DNA of 63,823 bases, the filler included. It is 7 parts of 7 records of this genome, joined end to end, with 100 filler letters (N's around TTAATTAATTAA, not from the genome) between each part and the next. Parts side by side here need not be neighbours in the genome. Positions count along the whole stretch, not along the records: positions 1 to 20,140 come from SRR31147125_13199; positions 20,241 to 29,226 come from SRR31147125_13224; 5 more parts are not named here. One strand, 5' to 3'. Position numbers and translations under genes: made by a program. Within the stretch, counting starts at the first letter, position 1; every line of letters begins with the position of its first letter. Below are positions 10,796-20,308 of this stretch, in pieces. A model generated the notes under the pieces. That model was given only the letters and a program-made list of their open reading frames with translations, ran no database searches and was not told the DNA's origin.

Positions 10796-11857
10796 ATGAA
10801 AGAATTGTTTGCAATAAAAGATATTGATAAACGTGTTTATGAAGAGGAACTTGCTGATTTTCTGCCGCAACAAATGATAGATGCCCATACGCACCTCTGG
10901 CTCAATAAGTATCGCTATGAGAACCCACATGCCGTGAAAAGAGCTGTTACATGGCCTGCGTTGGTTGCTCCGCAAAGCCCGGTAGAGGAACTGCTGGAAA
11001 CATACAGATTACTGTTTCCAGGTAAGAAGGTTACCCCGCTGGTATTTTCAAGCGTGAAACGTGGTGATGATATTGAAGCTCAGAATGCGTATATCTCGGA
11101 AAGTGCCCGTCGTTTCAATCTACCCTCCCTGCTCTACACCTTTCCGGAATGGTCTGCAGGGGATCTGTACAACAAAATAATTGAGGGAAAATTTCTGGGA
11201 ATCAAAGTCTATCTGAATCTGGCACCGGAATATATTCCCGAAAAAGAGATACGAATCTTTGACTTTATTCCCCACCACCAGCTTGAAATGCTGCATCAGC
11301 ACCATATGATCTTGATGCTGCATATCCCGCGTGACGGGAGATTAGGAGATCCGGTGAATCTTGCCCAAATGCTGGAAATTGAGGAAAAATACCCAAATAT
11401 TCATGTGATTTATGCCCATATCGGTCGCGCGTACTGCGAAGTGGATTTTGGAGAAGCTTTCACAATACTCAAAAACACGAAACGTCTGGTGATGGATTTC
11501 AGCGCGAACACCAATGCCGAAGCCATGTACCGTGCCCTTGCGTGTATCGGTCCCGACCGTTTTTTGTTCGGATCTGATATGCCGATTCTGAGAATGCGGA
11601 TGCGTCGAATCTGTGAAAACGGCCATTACATCAATATCGTGCCTAAAGGTTTGTATGGGGATGTCTCAGGCGATCCAAACATGCGGGAAGTATCCGGTGC
11701 GGAAGCCGATGAACTGACATTCTTCATGTATGAGGAACTGCGTTCCTTCAAGAGGGCCGCCGAACGATTTGGTCTGAGCGAGACGGATAAGGAGAAGGTC
11801 TTTTACGGTAACGCGCAAGGTATTATTGATGATGTGAAGGCGCGTCTCAATTACTGA
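10796..11857 (+). CDS. Amidohydrolase family 2 protein
   Basis: IDAHTH, GIK, LHIP, AHIG and FGSD motifs. Confidence 0.85.
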   Translation: MKELFAIKDIDKRVYEEELADFLPQQMIDAHTHLWLNKYRYENPHAVKRAVTWPALVAPQSPVEELLETYRLLFPGKKVTPLVFSSVKRGDDIEAQNAYISESARRFNLPSLLYTFPEWSAGDLYNKIIEGKFLGIKVYLNLAPEYIPEKEIRIFDFIPHHQLEMLHQHHMILMLHIPRDGRLGDPVNLAQMLEIEEKYPNIHVIYAHIGRAYCEVDFGEAFTILKNTKRLVMDFSANTNAEAMYRALACIGPDRFLFGSDMPILRMRMRRICENGHYINIVPKGLYGDVSGDPNMREVSGAEADELTFFMYEELRSFKRAAERFGLSETDKEKVFYGNAQGIIDDVKARLNY

Positions 11858-12971
11858 TATGTACCTGATCCTGGAAATACAAATCGGATAGAAATCGATC
11901 GAGTAGAGTATATATATCCCGATATCTCTCATTTACCAGAAGTTCCTCAGTGCACGGAAATTCAACGATCATCTTGCTGCCTGTTCCGGCAAGGTATTCA
12001 ATATCGGGCAGAGCCGTATCAATATCCGTTCCCGGACGTACTTTCAGAATTACCGACAGATCTCCCAGAGCTTCCGCGACCTCGCTTCCCATATTGGGAT
12101 TCGGATCTGTCAGGTTGCCGGGAAGCGCAAAGTCGATCATTTTCAGATTGTTCAGCACCCCCAGTTTCGGCATTGTTTTTGTCCAATTCCCGCAGGAGTG
12201 TAACGTCAGCCCGCCGAATTCATTCGAAAGCTGATTCAGATAGGGAAATGAAAATTGTTCATTAAGATCGGGCGATGAGAACACCATATTGTCATCTGAA
12301 ATTCCGATTCCGCCGAGAAAGGGATATCCTACAAAACCATGTCCCGGAGATGCCAGTAACTCTTTTCCTATATGCTCTATCTGCACCCTGGAAAATTCGA
12401 TTTTCAGTTCGGTGATTGTTTTGAGAAATTGATGGATGATGTCTGGATCGGTATACATACCGGTCAGGAATTCCACGGTATCAAGAATGAGTGTGGCTGT
12501 ATCCTGCGGGGATTGGGTATCGGTCAGGCAGATTGGAATCTGTCCGTCCGTGCGCTCTTTCAGCAGGTCGATAGCATCAAGCACCATGCCCATAATCGGA
12601 GATTTCCGGTAATCGGGGTATGCAGTATCTGCAATCTCCTGAAGGGAGGAAAAGCAGTGGACGGTATCCGGTGCGCCGCCGGTCTCCCACAAATAGGTTG
12701 ATCCAAACGCACTGGCATAGACACCGCTGCCGATCCATGGCTCCAGAAACGGCACGTCATCACAATAATCAAGTGACAGCTGGGTTTCCAGATAACTCAG
12801 ATTGTTCTCAAGAATGGTATCAAGTGTCCGGCAGGAGGTGAACAACGCGTGGCTGACGCGGGGAATGATGAGAAATTTTGTTTCACCACTAGGGTTGAAG
12901 AAATCCTTCAGCTTCCCTTCCCGTTCTTCCATCCTTTTTTTATGCAAATCGATTACTGCTTGTATTTCCAT
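11847..12971 (-). CDS. Uroporphyrinogen decarboxylase/MtaA-like (URO-D/CIMS superfamily) protein
   Basis: TDTQSPQDTA, ISDD, SP..EQFSFPY and a LHSCG Zn-type HxC motif. Confidence 0.75.
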   Translation of the reverse strand: MEIQAVIDLHKKRMEEREGKLKDFFNPSGETKFLIIPRVSHALFTSCRTLDTILENNLSYLETQLSLDYCDDVPFLEPWIGSGVYASAFGSTYLWETGGAPDTVHCFSSLQEIADTAYPDYRKSPIMGMVLDAIDLLKERTDGQIPICLTDTQSPQDTATLILDTVEFLTGMYTDPDIIHQFLKTITELKIEFSRVQIEHIGKELLASPGHGFVGYPFLGGIGISDDNMVFSSPDLNEQFSFPYLNQLSNEFGGLTLHSCGNWTKTMPKLGVLNNLKMIDFALPGNLTDPNPNMGSEVAEALGDLSVILKVRPGTDIDTALPDIEYLAGTGSKMIVEFPCTEELLVNERYRDIYTLLDRFLSDLYFQDQVHISN

Positions 12972-13036
12972 AACACACCTGCTTATACGATTTATGACTA
13001 CGAGTTTTTTTAATCCAGCAATTACGGTTTACCCTA

Positions 13037-13876
13037 TCAGCCTTTAATACCGCCAGCCAGCATACCCCGCATGATTTGCCGCTGAAAGATGAAGAACACG
13101 ATGATCGGAATGGCGATGTAATAGAAAACGCCTGCCATCAATTCACCAAGCAGAATATTTTGCTGAATATCCACATAGGCACCATTCAGCTTAACTGCAA
13201 GAGTGGTTTTCAGGGCACTTAAGAAGAGTGACGGCATAATATAGTTCTGCCAGGTAAACTGAAACGCGAATATGGCTGTTATGACCGTGCCGGAATTTAC
13301 CAGCGGCAGCATTATTCTGAAGAAAATGGCAAACCTGCCCGCACCATCAATTCGAGCCGATTCTTCAAATGAGGCTGGTATCGTTGAAAAGAACTGGCGA
13401 TAGAGATAGATCATGAACGGTGCGCCGCCAAGTCCATAGAGCAGCCACAGGATATGTTTATCCGTAAGTCCCAAGTTTTTCACCAGCAGATAAAACGGAA
13501 TCAGGGTGATCACTACCGGTATCATGATGGATGACAGCACAATCGTAAAAAATATGCGGTTCTCCCGTATCTGAAAACGCGCCAGGGCGTAGCCGGCCAT
13601 CCCGCTGGAAAGTGTACAGGCAAAAGTATAGAGAGCCGCAACCACCAGTGAATTGTAGACATAGCGTAGATAGTTGATGCGTGTCAGGGCACTCACATAA
13701 TTCTCAAAGTGCAGCTTTTCGGGAAACAGCCTGGGCGACTGCTTGAAAATTTCCGCTTCGGTTTTTAACGAGACGCTGAGCATACTGAGCAGCGGTAGAA
13801 AAAAGAAGATCAAAATAGTAATAACCACTATATATTTGATAATCATTATAATTATTTTTCTCGATTTATAGCTCAT
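13037..13876 (-). CDS. Carbohydrate ABC transporter permease (MalG-type)
   Basis: EAA loop FEESARIDGA; 6 TM. Confidence 0.93.
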   Translation of the reverse strand: MSYKSRKIIIMIIKYIVVITILIFFFLPLLSMLSVSLKTEAEIFKQSPRLFPEKLHFENYVSALTRINYLRYVYNSLVVAALYTFACTLSSGMAGYALARFQIRENRIFFTIVLSSIMIPVVITLIPFYLLVKNLGLTDKHILWLLYGLGGAPFMIYLYRQFFSTIPASFEESARIDGAGRFAIFFRIMLPLVNSGTVITAIFAFQFTWQNYIMPSLFLSALKTTLAVKLNGAYVDIQQNILLGELMAGVFYYIAIPIIVFFIFQRQIMRGMLAGGIKG

Positions 13877-14830
13877 TTAATCCTCCATTTCCGAGTAGGT
13901 CGCTTTCTTGACCAGGTAGGAATAAATAAGACTGAAAATCAGTACGATAACAAAGGTAATCCACAAGACGGCAAAACCGTATGCCAGTCGTCCCCTGTTG
14001 AATATGAGGTCATATCCCTTGGACAGGATAAAAAATGTCTCTTTGGGCGGAGTCTCAAGTGTGACTTGAGCTCCTCGTATCGCGGTAGGATTCAGGATAT
14101 ACGGCAGGATAAATATCTGCATACCGTAAATAAAGCTGACTACCAGCTGAAATGCAATAAAGGGGCTGAGAAACGGCAGTGTCACGACTCTGAATCGTTT
14201 CAAGTAGCTTGCACCGTCCACCGATGCCGCGTCATACAGTTCTCCCGGTATGGTAGAGAGTCCGCCGATAAATATCAGCATACTCCAACCGACGCGCCAG
14301 AAACCGGCGGTGAGAATAGTGAACAGTCCGTGTTCGCCCATCCAGCTTATGTTGTCTTTGATGATACCGAGATTTGTCAGCAGCAGATTAAAGGTGCCGA
14401 CATTTTTATCAAAGAAAACCCGCAGAATCCATCCAGTGGCAACGATCGGGATTACATACGGCAGATAAAACATAACCCGGAAGAATCCCTGCCCTTTCAT
14501 TTTCTGATCCACAAGCAGTGACAGCAGCAGACCAAGGGATACCTGAATTACGGTATTCAGCAATGCGTAGAGCAAGGTGGTGTAGATTGCATAGAATACG
14601 GCTGGATCCTGAAAGGCATCGATATAGTTTTTAAAACCGACAAATTTCACTTTGACTGAGAATGCCATCTGGTTTGTCAGGCTGACCCTGAATCCCCACA
14701 GGATCGGAATTAATTGGAAAACGGCAAAACCGATTATCCATAACATCATAAAAATGTAAAATGATTTACGTTTTTCACGCACATTCATTCTGCCAGGATT
14801 CACCGGTCGTTTCATATGCCTCTCCCCCAT
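13877..14830 (-). CDS. Carbohydrate ABC transporter permease (MalF-type)
   Basis: FVGFKNY, YLPYVIP, ELYDAASVDGAS. Confidence 0.93.
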   Translation of the reverse strand: MGERHMKRPVNPGRMNVREKRKSFYIFMMLWIIGFAVFQLIPILWGFRVSLTNQMAFSVKVKFVGFKNYIDAFQDPAVFYAIYTTLLYALLNTVIQVSLGLLLSLLVDQKMKGQGFFRVMFYLPYVIPIVATGWILRVFFDKNVGTFNLLLTNLGIIKDNISWMGEHGLFTILTAGFWRVGWSMLIFIGGLSTIPGELYDAASVDGASYLKRFRVVTLPFLSPFIAFQLVVSFIYGMQIFILPYILNPTAIRGAQVTLETPPKETFFILSKGYDLIFNRGRLAYGFAVLWITFVIVLIFSLIYSYLVKKATYSEMED

Positions 14831-14975
14831 TATAAAGCTTCGTTACCATAGGAACCTCTTTCAAAAAAGAATAGTGAAAGAGCCTTAAATAACTGTATTA
14901 TATCATCTTATTGTGAAGTTCGCACCTTTCCCGCAGCTACATATATGTATTGGTATGCTCACAGGTGCTTGAAAT

Positions 14976-15001
14976 ATGCCGGTACAGAATTGTACCGGCA
15001 T
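14976..15001 (-). terminator. Intercistronic stem-loop after the binding-protein gene
   Basis: Perfect ATGCCGGTACA-GAAT-TGTACCGGCAT; weak U-tract, so it may be an mRNA stabiliser rather than a terminator. Confidence 0.6.
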
Positions 15002-15055
15002 CAAAATATGTCAGATTAAGAAATCCGAAACGAAATTCTTTTCGCCATTCGAATC

Positions 15056-16333
15056 CTATTCGCCAACTTCTTCCCGTCCAAGCTGGAGAGCTTCATTCAT
15101 GCCTTCAATGAACATATCAACTGCTTCATCAATTGTTACTTCGTCATTCAGATATGCTCTCTGAGCTTCAGTCCAGTAACCAGCGTAAACGCTGTTTCTT
15201 GCATACCAGGATGTCTGAGGAGGCAGCATGTACTTAACTTCCTCAAGGGCAATATCTTTTCTGGTCTGATCAAATTCATTGCCTGTAGGAAGCAGAGGCT
15301 GCAGTGATTTCAGCGGCGGAATACCCCATCCGGTTTCAGCTCGTTCCACACCTGGTTCATCGGCCATGTACCATTCAAATACCTTGAATGCCTGGTCGGG
15401 ATATTTTGTCTGGGAACTGACGATAAATCCTGTGGCACCAAGACTATTGGTTACACGTTTTCCACCATCTTCCATGACAGGAGCAGGAGCCCAGCCGAAC
15501 ATATCGGCATACCCTTCAACTCCGGCACATGAGGCACCATACCAGTACCCCAGCTGTACCATAGCGATATTTCCAGCCTGGAAAGCACTTCCGGCCCAGC
15601 CGCTCAATGGGTTTTCGAGGTTGCTGGAAATGCCTTCTTTACGCAGATTCAGGAAGTATTTCCATATATCACGTACAGCAGCTTCGTTATTCATCTCAGT
15701 CCTGTCTGCATTATGAAGCTCTTTTCCGAGCATGTATGCCATGTCGCTGGCAATGAAAAGGAACCAGTTTCCGTGTACTTCAGTACCAAAAACACCAGCC
15801 CCCGGGTCTGCAAGTTCAGCTGATAACGCATAGAATTCATCGTAGGTCATCGGTTCAGTTGCACTTGGATAAGAAATGCCGGCTTTATCAAAGATCTCTT
15901 TATTATAGGTAATAGCTGTTACATTGTTGTAGTCTTTCGGAAGACCATACCAGCTGCCCTCGAAATTGTAAGCACCGGAACCGTCAACATCGATATCATT
16001 TTTCAATTTATCGCTGTTCTCGAAATATTCGGTCAGATCCAGCAGCATACCGCGTTTAACGAAATAGGGAATTTCCGCTCCGCTTCCCAGGTTGATGATA
16101 TCCGGTGATGAACCGGCGATATAATCAGCAATCCATTTTGTCTGGTCCTGTTCTTCACGAACCACCTGAATGTCGGGATTTGCGGAATTCCATGATTCAA
16201 TCCATGCATCGGTGAAGTCACTGGCCGGTGACATAACACGCAGCGTAACCGGTCCATCAGCCTCTTCGCTTCCACCGGCCCACACAGCCATTGAAAAAGC
16301 GATCAGCAAGCATATAACTAACAGTTTTTTCAT
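15056..16333 (-). CDS. Sugar ABC transporter substrate-binding protein
   Basis: Spirochaete-style signal MKKLL...WAGGSEE; YGLP, YNKEIFDKAG, FQAGNIAM. Confidence 0.92.
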   Translation of the reverse strand: MKKLLVICLLIAFSMAVWAGGSEEADGPVTLRVMSPASDFTDAWIESWNSANPDIQVVREEQDQTKWIADYIAGSSPDIINLGSGAEIPYFVKRGMLLDLTEYFENSDKLKNDIDVDGSGAYNFEGSWYGLPKDYNNVTAITYNKEIFDKAGISYPSATEPMTYDEFYALSAELADPGAGVFGTEVHGNWFLFIASDMAYMLGKELHNADRTEMNNEAAVRDIWKYFLNLRKEGISSNLENPLSGWAGSAFQAGNIAMVQLGYWYGASCAGVEGYADMFGWAPAPVMEDGGKRVTNSLGATGFIVSSQTKYPDQAFKVFEWYMADEPGVERAETGWGIPPLKSLQPLLPTGNEFDQTRKDIALEEVKYMLPPQTSWYARNSVYAGYWTEAQRAYLNDEVTIDEAVDMFIEGMNEALQLGREEVGE

Positions 16334-16393
16334 ATAATCCTCCTAGATTATGTAAGATGTATCTATAATGACGTTATCACCTGAATAGTGAGT

Positions 16394-16580
16394 TGTCAAT
16401 GTTTTATTTGTCATTTCAATCATATTTTGACTATTTCTGCCATTTTAATTCATTTTTGCTTATATATAGCGATATTTTCCACCAGTATTGACCTAATCTG
16501 ACTATCTAACTTTCGTTTCAACCGTTTTTTGATCGTTTTAGCCATACTTACCTTGACACATGATTTTTTTCCTGTATGAT
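16394..16580. promoter_or_regulatory. Divergent promoters (ABC operon and aminotransferase) with roughly 10-bp phased YCRTTT repeats
   Basis: TTGACA on the minus strand (16394-16399) and TTGACA-N16-TATGAT on plus (16553-16580); repeats at 16411, 16421, 16441, 16451, 16513, 16522 and 16533. Confidence 0.5.
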
Positions 16581-16705
16581 AGATATATGTAACCATCTGT
16601 TCCAAAATCTGTCGATGGTTTTTCCGTATTCAAGCGCATGATGCAGGGGTATTGCATTATGCCAATGCATTAAAACGGATAAGGAAAAAGAAAAAGGGGA
16701 AAAGT

Positions 16706-18268
16706 ATGGGAGTATCGGCATCACAATTCAAAAATCTCTCTTTATCACTATGCGACATTTTAGGCGAAGGCTATATACATGGCATATGTAAAGCTAAAGC
16801 GGTACTGGAGCATGCCAATGAAGAAGATTATCTGAAAATTGCCCATAAGAAAGTAGATTTTTACCCTGAGGCATATCAGAAACGTTTAATCGAACTGCTT
16901 CCCAGCATTGGAAAAAAAGTACTCGACACACCGCTGCAGACCTCAACAGGAGGATCTTCGACTAACGCGTTTAATGCCGCGTTTTCAGGAGGGCAATCAC
17001 CACTTGCCGGTAAAGGATATTTCAAGATTACGGAAGACGGGACTTTACAGGCCATTACAAAAAGCGAACATTATCATGCCCCGCTCGGCCATGACTTTCC
17101 CGGATACCAATTGATTGAATACGCGAAACAGCTGGGAATCTCCAATGTTACTCACAATAATACGCGGGGATTCATTACCCGTCTGCTGGAAACAAAACTG
17201 GTAGAAATAGCCAATGGGTTATACGGCACTGATATAAATATTGACGCATTCAGGGAAAGCGCACCTGAACATGCCATGACTAAGGTAATCAATCTGCAGA
17301 CAGGCAGTCTGGCAGTAGAGGCCGGATTGAAAATGATGATGGCCCGCTTCTATGTGTCTGATCCCGGTATGGGGATAACACCGGAATTCTGCAATAAAAT
17401 CCCGGTATTTATTGTCATGGCTGATTTAGATGGCGGAAAACAGGCCAATTATCACGGTACAACCATGCTTACCCAAACTATGAGGGATCTCTGGCCTGGT
17501 TTGTACGAAAAATTCGAACAGGCCGAAGCCTATAAAGTTGTCGCGGCCCCGCTCAATGATTTCGATGGGTTCAAACAGTTAATTGACCAATATGACGGCG
17601 GCAAGTATAAGATTGCCGGTTTCTTCCATGAGCTGATTCTGATGAATTACGGCGGAATCAAGATTGAGAAAGATTTTCTGCAGGCCGCCTACGCGCTCTG
17701 CCGGGAGCACGATATCCCGACACTCGTTGACGAAATACAATCCTGTCTCTGGGCTCCCGATCTGTTTCTGTTCAGGGAGTATGAACTGGAACCGGATTTT
17801 GTCTCCGTGGGCAAAGGATTTCCAGGAGGCCAGTACGCATCCTCTAAGATCATGCTTACGAAAAGGATGGACAATCTGAATCAATTCGGAGCTCTGGTTA
17901 CAAACGGCCAGGAAGAACTGGCATCACTCGCCTATTTAATCACCATTATTTTTGCTTTTGAGAATAGGTCTGTTACCAGGGATTTGGGAGCCTATTACGA
18001 GTCTGAATTGAAAAAACTGGCGGCCGTGTACAAGCATATTATCAAGAAAATTGAAGGTCAGCGCCATCTCGCTTCCATCGTATTTGAGTCCGCAACCACA
18101 GCAGCTGAATTTTCCGGAAAAGTGCGGAAAAGAGGATACGACATCAGTGCCCAGACCTATAAGGCAAACTGTCCGCCCGCGGCTCTCACAAAGATACCGC
18201 TGATAGCGGATAAACAGCTGATTGATACGTTTATCGCGTGTATGGACTCGATTTTACAGACCTATTAG
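16706..18268 (+). CDS. Class III PLP-dependent aminotransferase-fold protein with a long N-terminal extension
   Basis: TGSLAVEAGLK, NYHG, LVDEIQSC, and PLP lysine in DFVSVGKGFPGG. Confidence 0.85.
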   Translation: MGVSASQFKNLSLSLCDILGEGYIHGICKAKAVLEHANEEDYLKIAHKKVDFYPEAYQKRLIELLPSIGKKVLDTPLQTSTGGSSTNAFNAAFSGGQSPLAGKGYFKITEDGTLQAITKSEHYHAPLGHDFPGYQLIEYAKQLGISNVTHNNTRGFITRLLETKLVEIANGLYGTDINIDAFRESAPEHAMTKVINLQTGSLAVEAGLKMMMARFYVSDPGMGITPEFCNKIPVFIVMADLDGGKQANYHGTTMLTQTMRDLWPGLYEKFEQAEAYKVVAAPLNDFDGFKQLIDQYDGGKYKIAGFFHELILMNYGGIKIEKDFLQAAYALCREHDIPTLVDEIQSCLWAPDLFLFREYELEPDFVSVGKGFPGGQYASSKIMLTKRMDNLNQFGALVTNGQEELASLAYLITIIFAFENRSVTRDLGAYYESELKKLAAVYKHIIKKIEGQRHLASIVFESATTAAEFSGKVRKRGYDISAQTYKANCPPAALTKIPLIADKQLIDTFIACMDSILQTY

Positions 18269-18322
18269 ATACGTTCCATCAAACCATTGAATCACCGGTA
18301 ACAAATCTCAGGCCATACCAAA

Positions 18323-19297
18323 CTATTTTGTGACCTCTCTCCTCCCGAGCCAGCTTTTCACAAACCCCGAAACCAGCAGCTGCCATGGGTGATAAAAAAG
18401 CAGCGGCAGCAGAGCCATGCCCAGTAGTTCCGGTGAATCAACAAAAAATGTCGACAGCAGCGGAACTCCCATAGCCAGCGTTTTCTGGGGTGCCGTATAG
18501 AGAATGGTGATGGTATTCTCGCGGGAAAAATTGTTTATTCTTGCCAGCAGATAGCTGATTCCCAGTAGAATGAAAAATGAAACAGCCAGATAGAGGAACG
18601 GATAGACCATGGAAGGCAGCATACCTCTGAAATCGGGGTCCGCGGCAGATTTGGAAAAATTGATAAACACGATCAGCAGCAGCGATATATTGGTAATCAG
18701 CTTCAGCTTACTCTTCAACGGCTTTTCCGGAATGCTGAAATGCCTGATAACCTGACCGACAATGATCGGAATCAGAATCTTGATACCGATACTCGTAATT
18801 ACGGAACCGATATCAGTCGTAACGGCAATCTGGTCATTCGTCTTCAGAAAAAAGGAGAGCAGCAGAGGTGATATAAATACTCCGAGCAGATTCGCCAGGG
18901 CGGCATTAAAAACCGCACCAACCGTATTACCATTTGAGGACTGTGTAAACAGCACGCAGGAAGAAATCGTTGTGGGTAGACACGCCAGGGCAATAATCCC
19001 CACCCTGATTTCCGGAGAAAATACTCCTTCAAACAACAAAAGTGTGACGACAAAGTAGAACGGTACCAGAACAAAGATAAAAACCTGCAGAAAAATATGC
19101 AGTTTCATATCCTTTAATCCGTTTTTTATTGATTCTGTAGGGATCGTGTATCCGGTAATCAGGAATATCAGAATAATCAGTATTGTCGTGGTAACTTTAC
19201 CAAAACTGATTGCTGTACCGATTTCCGGAATGAAAAATCCAACTACAAGCAGTACAATCAATCCAACCAGAAACCAGTTCTTTTTCAAAAATGTCAT
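18323..19297 (-). CDS. Bile acid:sodium symporter (SBF-like) family transporter
   Basis: CLPTTISS, GN..GAVFNA, QKTLAMGVP, PLLFYHPWQL. Confidence 0.88.
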   Translation of the reverse strand: MTFLKKNWFLVGLIVLLVVGFFIPEIGTAISFGKVTTTILIILIFLITGYTIPTESIKNGLKDMKLHIFLQVFIFVLVPFYFVVTLLLFEGVFSPEIRVGIIALACLPTTISSCVLFTQSSNGNTVGAVFNAALANLLGVFISPLLLSFFLKTNDQIAVTTDIGSVITSIGIKILIPIIVGQVIRHFSIPEKPLKSKLKLITNISLLLIVFINFSKSAADPDFRGMLPSMVYPFLYLAVSFFILLGISYLLARINNFSRENTITILYTAPQKTLAMGVPLLSTFFVDSPELLGMALLPLLFYHPWQLLVSGFVKSWLGRREVTK

Positions 19298-19504
19298 ATT
19301 CACACTCACATCCACAATTTTCAACTTTCAGGTTCAACTGATAAAGTCCAGCAAACCTCGCGACTATCATAGAATAGTTATTTCTTGCAATCAACACCCT
19401 CAGCCACTATAATTCCTATATTCGAATTCACTAAACATACCGACAAATAGTTGGATTCCTGATAGATGTTTACAAAATCGGGAAATACCGCAAAGGGAGC
19501 GATA

Positions 19505-20140
19505 ATGGAAAAACTCAGCAAACGCATCAAATTCGGGTTTGGCATCGGGGATTTGGGGGGAAATCTCTTTTTTACCATCATCGGTTTCTATCTGCTCTAC
19601 TATTTGACGGATGTCGTACATCTTTCGGCCGCGCTTTCCGGCACGGTGCTTATGATCGGTAAAATATGGGATGCCGTTACCGACCCGCTGACCGGGTATC
19701 TATCTGATCGCACCCGATCACGCTGGGGACGCCGCCGACCCTATATGTTTGTCGGTTCCATCATTGCTTTTTTTGCCATGATTCTGATGTTTACAAAGCC
19801 AAGCATGAGCAGTCAAAGCTCCATATTTTTTCTGATGACTTTCTATTTCTGTCTGCTGAATACGGCCTACACATTGGTCAATATTCCATACGCAGCCCTG
19901 CTGCCGGAGATTACCCAGGACTTTGATCAGCGGACAACTCTCACCGGTTACCGCATGAGTTTTGCGGTAGTTGGTACGTTCATGGGAGCCGGCGCGGTCA
20001 TGCCGATCGTCGGACTTTTTGCCAAGGAAGCTCTAGGCTGGTCGATCATGAGCGGCATCATGGGCGGCATCATGCTGGCCACCGCCTTAATCACCATCTG
20101 GGCAATTCGTGAACCGCAACATAAAGAACGGGAAAAAGGT
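19505..20140 (+). CDS. GPH family (MelB-like) glycoside:cation symporter, 3' truncated
   Basis: GFGIGDLG, WDAVTDP, SDRTRSRWGRRRPY, NIPY; cut by the spacer. Confidence 0.9.
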
Positions 20141-20240
20141 NNNNNNNNNNNNNNNNNNNNNNNNNNNNNNNNNNNNNNNNNNNNTTAATTAATTAANNNN
20201 NNNNNNNNNNNNNNNNNNNNNNNNNNNNNNNNNNNNNNNN
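20141..20240. other. Artificial contig spacer
   Basis: N run with TTAATTAATTAA; identical spacers at 29227-29326, 37478-37577, 43172-43271, 49220-49319 and 57036-57135. Confidence 0.98.
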
Positions 20241-20308
20241 AAGGTCACAAGTGCTCTTTAGAGTAAAAAAGATGGATCATATATTATCACAATTTTCATC
20301 ACAAACCA

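Noticed and set aside
14849-14882. GGAACCTCT, resembling a spirochaete repeat or IS end
   Set aside because: Too short, with no partner end and no second copy in the window.
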